NCBI RefSeq assembly: GCF_006345805.1
Contig: NW_021836150.1
Coordinates: 117,177 to 181,176, forward strand
DNA from: Octopus sinensis
Lineage: Eukaryota
Length of the DNA: 64,000 nt
Reading direction: 5' to 3'
The notes under the pieces were generated by a model, which saw nothing but the letters and a program-made list of their open reading frames with translations, did no database searches and had not been told where the DNA came from. Both the position numbers and the translations under genes were made by a program. Position 1 is the first letter of the stretch. Every line of letters begins with the position of its first letter. This document shows positions 53,375-64,000 of the stretch, one piece after another.

Positions 53375-53639
53375 CCAGCAGCTAAGCCCGATTTCACCTG
53401 GTCGGTTTGGAAGATGTGGCTGTAAAATCTGCTCTGTGTAAGCATTCAACTTGTTTTGGCATGCATATGTTAAAAAACAATTTTAGAAGGACTTTTTTTC
53501 TGTCAAAACGCTAAAAATAACTGACCAAAAAAAAAAAAAAAAAACAACCAAGATTCAACTAAATCAAAAAATAAACCCAAATACTAAGCCGAACAAAGAT
53601 GAACCATCCCACTTCCACACACAAGCACATAAATATATT

Positions 53640-53850
53640 TATCTAATGTAGGCACAAAGCCTGAAATTAGGGGATGGAGGGGGGGCTTGTTTATTACATC
53701 AACCCCATTGCATAACTGGTACTTATTTTACCAACCCCCACAAGGATGAAAGGCAAAGTCAACCCCGGCAGCATTTGAACTCAGAACATAAAGGCAGATG
53801 AAATTCTGCTAAACATTTTGTTTGGCATAGTAACATTTCTGCCAGCTCAC
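53640..53850 (-). mobile_element. Family C SINE
   Basis: Homology to the other family C copies. Confidence 0.85.
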
Positions 53851-54773
53851 AATCTTACACATGTGCATTAATACTATATGTATACACTTTGAACTGCATA
53901 GTAAAGTGCTTTTTACTTTTACTATAATTTGTAGTCTAGGTCAATACCATATGTCACATCGTATTTAAAGTAATTTTTTTTTTTAATAATTTCTATATAT
54001 TTTTGGTGGTTTTCTGTATTATATTTTGATATGACTTTATTGAGACAGGTAGTCTTATTCCAGTATCACACAGTACTATAGACATGTGAATAGAACTTTG
54101 AAATATATGATACCATATTTGATAAGAACTTCCATTAAAACAGTTTCAGTGTTTCTATCTGTATATATAAATGCATGTACTGTACACACATATACATGCA
54201 CACACAGAACACTATAATGGTAATTATGGTCTACACAGGGACTGTAATACACAGAATGAAGAGTGTTCAAGACTACATAAGGACTATAATATAAATGACC
54301 AAAAGTTTTGCAAAATAAGCTTCAGGAAAGTAGAGGTCAAATCAACATAAATCAGAGATCAAATCAACTTCATATTCACCAAACAGTGAGATAGAGACAA
54401 ACAGCTGTGAATATTCAGTTTCTTCCTCCAGGAGAAGAATATTCTCTTCAACATAGGCTTAAGATTAATGACAAGGTTAAGAACTACAGAAACCTGTAGA
54501 CACAATTTGGAGAAGGAGCATATGGAAGCTGAAAATACTCCAGCCAGATGTAGGCCCATAGAAATACATAGTTACAGATATGTTGTGAAGAAAGATGCAA
54601 AAGTGACCTATTACACAGAAGACAAATGAAAGTGTCTACAAGACAATTTGCTGCATGTTACAAACCAAATGTGTGGATGGAGCGGGTTCCATCCCATCAT
54701 GAAGTGACCTGAAAGTGAAGAGACAAGCTACAAAATAATGCGAGTAGTAAGGAACAATGTAAGGTAACTAGAA

Positions 54774-55185
54774 GGCGCAGGAGTGGCTGTGTGGTAAGTA
54801 GCTTGTTTACCAACCACATGGTTCCGGGTTCAGTCCCACTGCATGGCACCTTGGGCAAGTGTCTTCTACTATAGCCTCGGGCCGACCAAAGCCTTGTGAG
54901 TGGTTTTGCTAGACGGAAACTGAAAGAAGCCCGTCGTATATATATGTATATATATATATATGCGTGTGTGTGTTTGTGTGTCTGTGTTTGTCCCCCTAGC
55001 ATTGCTTGACAACCGATGCTGGTGTGTTTATGTCCCCGTTACTTAGCGGTTCGGCAAAAGAGACCGATAGGATAAGTACTGGGCTTACAAAAGAATAAGT
55101 CCCTGGGTCGAGTTGCTTGATTAAAGGCGGTGCTAAAGCATGGCCACAGTCAAATGACTGAAAAGAGTAAAAGAGTAAAGAGAGA
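54774..55185 (+). mobile_element. Full-length family B SINE
   Basis: GGCGCAGGAGTGGCTGTGTGG (A box), GGTTCAGTCCC (B box), AAAGAGT-repeat tail. Confidence 0.9.
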
Positions 55186-55299
55186 AAGAGAAGGGCTCAT
55201 AGAAAATTTACATCAGATGAGTTTAGTAAAGAGAAAAATATAAAGTAAAAGATTTGCCAATGAACTGTGAAGGGAAGATATATGCAAGGCATTCTGAAT

Positions 55300-56640
55300 T
55301 ACAAAGCAATGTGTTGGTATGAATCAGGACATTGTAGGTGCAAAACATATATGAAATTACATAGGACAATTGCCTTCATAGATGTTGAGAAGAAATGCTA
55401 CTAAGAGTGAGAGGTGAAGAACAAGACGACTTGAAGTAGACCCAACATATGACTTAATACTGAAATTAGCAGCTATATGTTTGAAATGGGCATTAGGAAC
55501 ATAAAAGCTTGGAAAGCAGGTGTTCAATCTGGAATAGCCGTGGAGATGTTTAAAATATTTGCTGAAGTAGGACATGCACTAATCATTTGCTTATTCAACC
55601 AAATAATACAGTAAAGAGGCATTCCCAATAACCAGTGTAATAGTATTATTAGAAGCTGCTATATCTATATAAGCGATGCTTTGCAAAGAGGAAGTACGGA
55701 AAAATCAAACTGAACCATGCTGGTCCAGTTATAACATAAAGAGTTATAACACGTTTTGGAAGAAAATTAGTTGATATGTGATGCAATTAAAGTTTGTGTA
55801 AGGGAAGGATACCACTGCTTCTTTCTTTCCTAGTGAGACAGCCACAAATTTTCTCTGTAAAGATCAGACAATTAGTCCTAACTTGCCAGGCATACGGTGT
55901 ACTCAGTGTAAACCAAGGGTGAACAACAAATACAGTGAGACCCAAGCAAACTTGCAGAAATGACTTTGTAATTAGTGGTTACACAAGAGTAGTTAACAGC
56001 AAGAGCACATATAAAAATAAAGCCTTTCAAATGCTTAGATAGCTCTCTAGAAATAGTTGATAGTGTCTGTTAATATAAAAAACATAATTAGCAGGGAAAC
56101 AATGTGTTTTAGAAGCACAGATGCCAGAGTAAGAACAGGGTAGGAAAATTTCAAAGAAACAATACCTCTATTAGCTACAAATGTGATTTTCTCTCTCAAG
56201 GGAGGGTAGACAGTATGATGTGTTTGTATGGAGAGTAATACTGCACTGTAGAGAAACACTGGTATTGAATGAAGAAGTGTAAAGGAGTGAAATAAATGAA
56301 GCAGGTGTATATCACTAGTGTATAATGTTTGTGTGTGAGAATGATAGGTCAAGTGAGCTGTGAGAAAAATTGGGTATAAGAGCAATCAGTATGCAAGAAG
56401 GACAACTGATTTAGTATAGATACCTGATGCATGTGGAGGATGACATTTAGGTACAGGAGTGCTAAGCAACTTAAATCACAGGAGCAAAGGAAGACAGGCA
56501 AAGAACAGTGAAAGCTCACTGCAGGAAGTAAAGACTTACACAGGAGATAACAAAAGACCATAACAAGTGGCAAGAAGTTCTGCTATAGAAACAGCATACA
56601 ACTGATAGCAGCATGAAAGAACAGATAGGAAAGCTGGAAG
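55300..56640 (+). mobile_element. Heavily decayed, internally deleted RTE LINE
   Basis: Degenerate resemblance to K.GKA.G.SGI..EM.K, GK.TT, ARVR.G..KF.E..PLL and ELREKLGI segments. Confidence 0.6.
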
Positions 56641-56851
56641 AACAGAAGAAATACTCTAAAACAATAAAATTGAAAAGCACAATTCATCTCTCTCCCTCTA
56701 CACACACACACAGAGGTTTTGTCAGATTATGAGAATACTGTCACCTAAGAAAGTGAATACATAAAGAGAAGAATCGTATCAAAATTTAGAGTTAAGATTA
56801 ATGAGTTTAAGAATTCTTCAAGCAATATTAGTAGTTCTTATATGTATATAC

Positions 56852-57254
56852 TCTTTACTCTTTCACTTGATTCAGTCATGTGACTGTGGCCATGCTGGAG
56901 CACCGCCTTTAGTTGATCAAATCTACCCCAGGACTTATTCTTTGTAAGCCTAGTACTTATTTTATTGGTCTCTTTTTGCCAAACCGCTAAGTTACGGGGA
57001 CGTTACGGGGACGTATACATATCAGAATCGGTTGTCAAGCGATGTTGGGGGGACAAACACAGACACACAAACACGCACATACACATATATACGACGAGCT
57101 TCTTTCAGTTTCCATCTACCAAATCCACTCACAAGTCTTTGGTCGGCCCGAGGCTATAGTAGAAGACACTTACCCAAGGTGCCATGCAGTGGGCCTGAAC
57201 TCGGAACCATGTGGTTCGTAAGCAAGCTACTTACCACACAGCTACTCCTGCGCC
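56852..57254 (-). mobile_element. Family B SINE
   Basis: Homology to the other family B copies. Confidence 0.9.
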
Positions 57255-58024
57255 TATGTATATGTATATAAACGTAAGTGTACATATTACTATTTGCAAG
57301 AATGTATGCATTTATAAGTGAAAATGCATTGGCGTACATTTATTGGTAAGATCATGTACAGATGCCTGTTTATAGTAGTAAGAATATCTGCATGTTATGT
57401 GTGTAAATATGCACCCAGCGGTAAGGGATTACGTAGTTTATGTAGACTGCAAATTATTTTCTCGAAAAGCTAAGATGACTGATTGGAAATCCATTATGAG
57501 TGAGTATTCACTCCAGTCTGATAACTGAAGTAGTTAGAAATGACCAAAATACTTCCATGCATTTAATCTGGCTTATAGGTTCTAATTACAGTGTTTAGCT
57601 TTTAATAGGTGAGTTAGCTTACTGTCTTTTTGGCATCACTATGATTATCATCCAGTAATATTGGTAATATAACTCCCATTTTCTTGTATGGACTGAATAG
57701 TTTCTACTTATCGGCTATTCCATTAATTCTTGATAGTCTATTGCTATTTACATGCATATCATCATCATCATCATCATGTATCATTTGTTTAGTATTCATC
57801 TTTCAATAGTGACATGTTCGTACATATGCAAATTACAATATTTTTCTATATGCCTCAATCTTTAATCATCCTATTCATGAAACTCAGCATTCTGAGGCCC
57901 TATTTACGGAACATTCAGTTTTACTTGAATATACAAATTTATGAGAGAAAGAAATTAGAAATTTGAATTATATTCCTAAATGTGCTTATCATGAGTTGTT
58001 ACAGAAAAGATAATTATTTATTCG

Positions 58025-58243
58025 ATCGTGGCCGTCTGCCAGCCCCATCTGGCACCTGTGCCGGTGGCATGTAAAAAGCACCCACTACACTCACGGAGTG
58101 GTTGGCGTTAGGAAGGGCATCCAGCTGTAGAAACACTGCCAGATCAGACTGGGCTTGGTGCAGCCTTCTGGCTTCCCAGACCCCAGTGGAACCGTCCAAC
58201 CCATGCTAGCATGGAAAGCGGATGCTAAATGATGATGATGATA
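58025..58243 (+). mobile_element. Family A RTE-tail retroposon
   Basis: Homology to the other family A copies, (GAT)n tail. Confidence 0.88.
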
Positions 58244-61091
58244 AAAAAATATTAATACAGATATAATACACTTTTCTGATTTAACCTTGTCTTGTTTCTA
58301 AAATACTTATGAATGGGATGTTCTTTGCTGCAATCAGATACTTCAGCTTAAATTGAACTTATTCAGACATCTGAATTTACAAAGACACTTTACTGCACCA
58401 TAGAATCAACCACTATGATAATGAAGATGGTGACAGCATCTCTTATTTAATATTAGAGAAAAGGAAATGTGATGCTTCCATACCTTTCTTAAAATTACAA
58501 GATAATGTAGATAACATTGATTGTTTCAAAACATTATCTGCCTGCCTACCTACATACCTATCTATCTAGCTACACACAGATGCAAATATACAAAGGAAGA
58601 CAGGCAGACAGATACATATTTTGTATTAATAGCTCTGTTCAGAAGAAATAGGAGGAAAAAAAGTGACTTTCTGTTTACCTAGACATGAAATTGCATAACT
58701 AGTCCATATCTCATTGTATGCTAACTTCTTGATGCATAATTAATGATAGAATCAGAGTTGCAAGTTAGGTAAGCTAAGTCTTAAATATAATATATAATAA
58801 TTGTAATAGTAATAGTCTATGGCAACTGTCTTGAGAGACAGTGGAGTTTTGCCTCACTGATTAATTAAGATTCAGGTTGTACCCCAACAGCTGATGGGCA
58901 AGTGATTTCTCTATTCTTGTTGCCTCTTTCCCCAGTTGAATACAAGTGATACCTCTAAGGTGTGAACTTAGTCTCTTTGAAAGGCTTTCTTGAGTTACCC
59001 AGAAATCAAAAACATTTTTTGAGGCTCATTAATGAACTCCTGATTAGCATGTTTGGTACCAATTTGGTTGCAGGAATTAATAAAGTATAAAGGAATCTAC
59101 TCTTGGTTTATGATAAGGTTTACTACCTTACCCTTGTCTCACAAGGTGTAAGGCTTTTAGCTGGGTATCTAACCTGGGACAGTGTCTCATATATGGTACC
59201 CTCAGCAAAAGCCAGATAATCTCTGGACTTATTTCATGCAGGATTATCATGCATCAAAGAAGTGGCCGAGGTACTACCCACTCTTTTATAAAATAATTAG
59301 TGTATGTTAGTAACATTTTTGTGACATATTACAAGTACTTATTTCATGAAAGTTAAAATCAACTTAAGATTTGAATAACATTGTAGGGAGATAGCATGCT
59401 ACTGTTTCTGCCCTGTCTACTTAGCTGTCATTAATATTGGCAGTACTAATGATAAGAATAACAGCATTCTCATAATTAACTATAAGTCATTAGAAAGAGT
59501 GGGAGGACTATTTAAATTTATGGCATTCACTTTATATCAATCACTACAACTCCTAATTCTCAGTGGTACTAGTTCAAAAACAGCAATACCATAAATAGCA
59601 ATAAAAATATTCGTATAGCCATACAGTCAGTGATTGTAATCATGAATGCAAACACATGTACACACACACGACTGCATATATATATATATATATACATGTG
59701 TGTGTGCTTATATATGTCTTATGTATATATAAAACACACACAAGTACATATATACTGATTTTCTTTAGTTGGACAGTTTTGAAGCTGTCGTTCCAAAAGT
59801 TTGGGTTATAAGGGGTGTCTTAAAAATTAATTGATTCCATTAGCTGGTAAGTGATGACTGACACACACTTTAGCACTTCAAAATATGGAAATAAATTTTC
59901 ATTAGTCAATGATTTATTTACACCAAAGAAAAAAAAAATCCTTATTTAAATGTACTGAACCAAAATATCCTTTGAACAGTAGTAACATTTCAGAAAATTA
60001 TGCCTGCTTTCAAGTAAAGATTGTGCATAAAAGTGATGACATTCAGTTTGCTAATGACTGGATAACATCAACACAAGCAAAGTAGATACATTTCTTGAAG
60101 GATGTGTCACGTCAAAGAACAACATCCATTATACATGTTGTTTTGTATTAGTACATTAAAAAAACTCAAATATAGATACATCCAAAGTGATTTAAAAAAT
60201 GTTACCATCTGTTTACGGCTATTGTAAAGAAATAGTTCTCTGGTAAAGAGATTCTTCCTGTCAAAGGGTCTCCTTTAGACAATTGCAGTGTCTTTACATT
60301 TCTTTTCTGCTTTGCTTCCTTTTATTTTGATACAGGTAGTAGAAAAGGACACACAAAACAAGGTACACAGTTTATGATATTAGTTTAAAGCTAGAAAGAA
60401 GTTTGGGGCAGTGGCTCTTCTTCAAAGAAAAGCAGAGATGAAAATCAGAAATATAAGTAATGAAAAAACAGGAAGAGAAAAAATAATCCCATTGAACGAT
60501 ATTACAGAATTAGTCAAAGAGGTATGGACATGTGTGTGTGTGTATTTATGTTTGTATGGGGATGGTGTGAGTCCAAATAGGTGTGTTGGTGTGCATGCAT
60601 TGCTATATGGAATCAATGGTGAATGGAAGAAAGTGAAGAAATTAGATTTCACTAAAGAGAAGCTTAAAGGGAGACAATGGGTTGGAGTCAGTAGTTATTT
60701 GGTAAAGAGAAGTATATTTAAATGTGGATATAGAACTACAGAAACAGGCTTAATGTGTATGGTGTACACATTCATGTGCACATAGGGCTATGTGTATGTG
60801 TAGGGTAGTGTACATATGTATGTGGGTAATGGAGGGTGTATTCATAAATGTTGTCTGTATATGTTTTTGTAGGTTTCCTTGTATGTTCCTTGTATGTTCT
60901 GGAAGTGCACTGCAGTGAGTGTGTGCATCTGTAGTGCAATTTGCGTATGCTGTATTTGTTCAAATAGGTGTGTATGTGTGCATATGTGTAAGTGCATGTA
61001 GTGTGTTGCTGTGCAGCAATATAGTGGATGGAAATGAGGTGGCGTTTATATGTAGGGAACAGAAATGTAATAGTGTGTATTTATTGCTGTT

Positions 61092-61477
61092 GGAGGCGCA
61101 ATGGCCTAGTGGTTAGGGCAGCGGACTTGCGGTCGTAGGATTGCGGTTTCGATTCCCAGACCGGGCGTTGTGAGTTTTTATTGAGCGAAAACACCTAAAG
61201 CTCCACGAGGCTCCGGCAGGGGATGGTGGTGATCCCTGCTGTACTCTTTCACCACAACTTTCTCTCACTCTTTCTTCCTGTTTCTGTTGTACCTGTATTT
61301 CAAAGGGCCGGCCTTGTCACTCTCTGTGTCACGCTGAATATCCCCGAGAACTACGTTAAGGATACACGTGTCTGTGGAGTGCTCAGCCACTTACACGTTA
61401 ATTTCATGAGCAGGCTGTTCCGTTGGTCGGATCAACCGGAACCCTCATCGTCGTAACCGACGGAGTGCTTCCATTCC
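61092..61477 (+). mobile_element. Young tRNA(Arg-like)-derived SINE with 13-bp TSD
   Basis: A box TGGCCTAGTGG, B-box-like GTTTCGATTCCC, CCATT tail, TSD ATTTATTGCTGTT at 61079-61091 and 61478-61490. Resembles octopus OR-type SINEs (recalled, unverified). Confidence 0.88.
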
Positions 61478-61760
61478 ATTTATTGCTGTTATAAATGGAA
61501 CATCTTGGCATGTGTATCTGTGTTGTGTAGAAGTATGAATATAGATAGATATAGCAAGAGGAAATCGAAGCAGTTGTTTAGCCCATGTGAGGGAACTGTT
61601 TGAAAGGGAAAAATAAGTTTTACGGAGATGTACTCGCATAGCAAGTGATTTGATCTGAGATCGTGTGCTGGAACAAAAACAATTGCCGCGCGGAAGGTGT
61701 TTGTAAGCCATTTAAGAAACACACAAAAGCCGTTCGATTCACTTCAACATTTAAGTTTAA

Positions 61761-61811
61761 TTTGTCAAAATATTTTCGTCGCTTTAAGACTGCGACCTGT
61801 TCACTGACAAA
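61761..61811 (-). ncRNA. Minimal type I hammerhead ribozyme variant (G3:C8)
   Basis: UUUGUCA-GUGAACA-G-GUCGC(agucuuaaa)GCGAC-GAA-AAUAUU-U-UGACAAA: 7-bp stem I, 5-bp stem II, palindromic stem III. Confidence 0.65.
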
Positions 61812-61833
61812 AATCCGTGCTGCATCTTGGATT

Positions 61834-61883
61834 TTTGTCAGTGAACAGGTCGCGGATTTTAGCAACGAAAATATTTTGACAAA
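61834..61883 (+). ncRNA. Second hammerhead variant copy with one stem II mismatch
   Basis: Same motif, but stem II is GUCGC/GCAAC (CpG-type decay). Confidence 0.55.
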
Positions 61884-62039
61884 TTAAACTTAAATGTTGA
61901 AGTGAATCGAACGGCTTTTGTGTGTTTCTTAAATGGTTCGAAAAATAAGTTGTTAATGTTGTAAGCATGATAGGGGAAAATCATGGTTGTAGAGGAATAC
62001 AAATGACAGAGAAGTACCAAGAGGTACAGTTAATGTGTG

Positions 62040-62760
62040 GAAGCGACAATCTACAGATGTTCCACCTTGAAGGTATCCTGAACCAATCAATTCGTCTCCT
62101 TAAGTACCCGCACCTACATGCAGCAGGCCTCAACCAGATTTGTAACAAAAGGTTGTAGCAAAATATACAGTCAGCTTCAGAACAAAAGATAGTTGCACAG
62201 GTGAACTGATCTGTTATGTGGCAGAAGACATTGGGTCTTCTTTGGATGGTAGTATTTAGCATGAATGAATAAATGGATGGAAGCACTCCGTCTGAATAAA
62301 TATGGCTGTAGAAATAGGAATAGACAAAGAATTCAGACTGAAAGTGTGGAAAACAGGAGGAATTGCAGACCAGTAAGCTGAGATGAAGCATTCAGGTCAG
62401 AGATAAAAAGTAATGGGAGTCTAAATAGATGAGTTGGAGGTGCAGCTAGATGTTGAACTTGAAAGATAATATCAGTAGGAAAGAGAAATGAAATGAGAAG
62501 GCAATTGGTGGTGGGGCAGACATATGGTAACAAAGTCAGGTGTAATTTATAAAATATTGCAAGCATGGACTTAGGCATAATCTTCAAGAATAATCAACAG
62601 ACCAAGCATTAAGACAAGGCATCAAAATCAGAATTGTCGCTAATGGCTAAAGACGTGGAGGAATCAGTAGGGAATGGCAAATTTGGTGTGGTGCATAATT
62701 CCTGAAAAAATGGCTGGATGGTTATGACTTGAATGCCTTTGATGAGTCTAATCAATTAGG
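62040..62760 (-). mobile_element. Decayed CR1/Jockey-like RT 3' fragment
   Basis: Degenerate resemblance to D.SKAF...HPA, FISDL and C-terminal W..LP...F..FK segments. Confidence 0.45.
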
Positions 62761-63128
62761 GATAATTTAAGAAAATGCGTGAGCACTGCATGGAGAATTA
62801 AATAAATTAATTATTAGCTAGTTAGATGAAATGATATTGCAAATAACCATGATCACAAAATAGGAAGAAATATGTAAATGATTTTATTTCTAACTGATTG
62901 ATCAGAAAATGAAATTTATCTTCCAAGTCTGTTTAAATTATTTTGAAATTGATTGATTCTGTTCTCGCAATTTAATAAGTCTGTTATTGTAGGCGTACAA
63001 TAAATGTGAATACATTAGACAGTAAAATTCGAACCCAAAGAATTTATTGAAATGATTACAACTACTAAAACATTTTGTTTGATTATTACGAATTAATATT
63101 TACCCTAAAAGAAAACATTTCAATGTAT

Positions 63129-63193
63129 TAGTATAGTGGTAAGAATCCCCGCCTGTCACGCGGGAGACCGGGGTTCAATTCCCCGCCGGGGAG
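63129..63193 (+). pseudogene. 5'-truncated tRNA-Asp(GTC) retrocopy
   Basis: TAGTATAGTGGTAAGAATCCCCGCCTGTCACGCGGGAGACCGGGGTTCAATTCCCCGCCGGGGAG. The 5' acceptor strand (TCCTCG.) is replaced by flank, so the acceptor stem cannot form. No CCA. Confidence 0.9.
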
Positions 63194-63403
63194 GCTAACA
63201 AATTATCCGTGCCGGTGGCACGTAAAAAGCACCCACTACACTCATGGAGTGGTTGGCGTTAGGAAGGGCATCCAGCCGTAGAAACATTGCCAGATCAGAC
63301 TGGGCCTGGTGCAGCCTTCAGGCTTCCCAGACCCCAGTTGCACCGTCCAACCCATGCCAGCATGGAAAGCGGACGCTAAACGATGATGATGATGATGATG
63401 ATG
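63131..63403 (+). mobile_element. Chimeric retroposon: tRNA-Asp, 13-nt linker and family A tail
   Basis: The whole unit is flanked by TSD ATGTATTA (63123-63130 and 63404-63411). Confidence 0.85.
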
Positions 63404-64000
63404 ATGTATTATGTGTTATAAAGCTAATTTTAGTGACTATTATATTATTTTGTGAAGCATTATCTTCAGCATGATTCTAGAATTCGATTACCATGGCTTA
63501 TATATTTATATAATGTTCATATCTCTATATAAGAAGTTGTTTCTTCATTAAAGAATTATTCCAAAGTCTTTAACCTCTTCCAATAACAAATAAAAGGTAG
63601 ATTACAGGACTGAATTCCTTAGAAATGAATGAATGGTTGACTTATAGACTTACTGTGCCTATATTTAACCTTATATAATAATGCAACTAAAGAATGAAAT
63701 ACAGGAAGAAGGTGAAATTGAGATCAGAGTATGAAGGATATGATCAGCAATTGTTCACTAGCAGATAAATTATAGATTATATTTATTGAGGGTAGGGAAT
63801 AAGAGCAGGTCAAATCACTGCAGATGCAATAAATATAATTTTACAAGGTAAATAATTTACAAAGATGAGAATTTACATGTAATAATAGTTTAATAAGGAA
63901 CGCTTACGCAACTAAGATATAACTATACAAAACTGAAGACTCGGTGTAGTGCATATTGAAGTAATCTTTTAACTATGGAATGTTAAAGGGCACTTCAACT

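Larger units (their letters stand above)
61708..61936. repeat. Near-perfect fold-back, 109-bp arms with a 12-nt loop
   Basis: CCATTTAAGAAACACACAAAAGCCGTTCGATTCAC...AAAATCC-gtgctgcatctt-GGATTTT...GTGAATCGAACGGCTTTTGTGTGTTTCTTAAATGG. Confidence 0.95.

Noticed and set aside
60411-60785. 124-aa plus-strand ORF
   Set aside because: No recognisable domain, and it sits in GT-rich low-complexity sequence. Possibly decayed repeat.
63122-63193. Functional tRNA-Asp gene
   Set aside because: The 5' acceptor strand is missing, there is no immediate T-run terminator, and it is embedded in a TSD-flanked insertion.

Overview
AT-rich, microsatellite-dense animal genomic DNA. The SINE families and repeat landscape suggest a cephalopod, probably Octopus (inference). 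Most of the window appears intronic. I can support only two host exons, on the minus strand (37304-37453 and 29429-29557). They splice in frame to encode one complete Ig domain of a lachesin/IgLON-type cell-adhesion protein. The other exons were not found and probably lie outside the window. The rest is mobile-element debris: a decayed full-length mariner, RTE, CR1-like and R4/Dong-like LINE fragments, at least five tRNA-derived SINE or LINE-tail families, hAT MITEs, Helitron/Helentron-like elements and several fold-back elements. Highlights: (1) unrelated head-to-head palindromes whose arms carry outward-reading small hammerhead-ribozyme motifs, one intact-looking with a G3:C8 compensatory core and one with tRNA-like Pol III heads; (2) an in-frame 54-bp duplication of a splice acceptor that could add a Cys-rich 18-aa insert to the Ig domain; (3) a TSD-flanked tRNA-Asp/RTE-tail chimeric retrocopy resembling a nascent SINE. 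Almost all listed ORFs are spurious or TE-derived. All analysis was by eye, and family names rest on recalled motifs rather than database searches.
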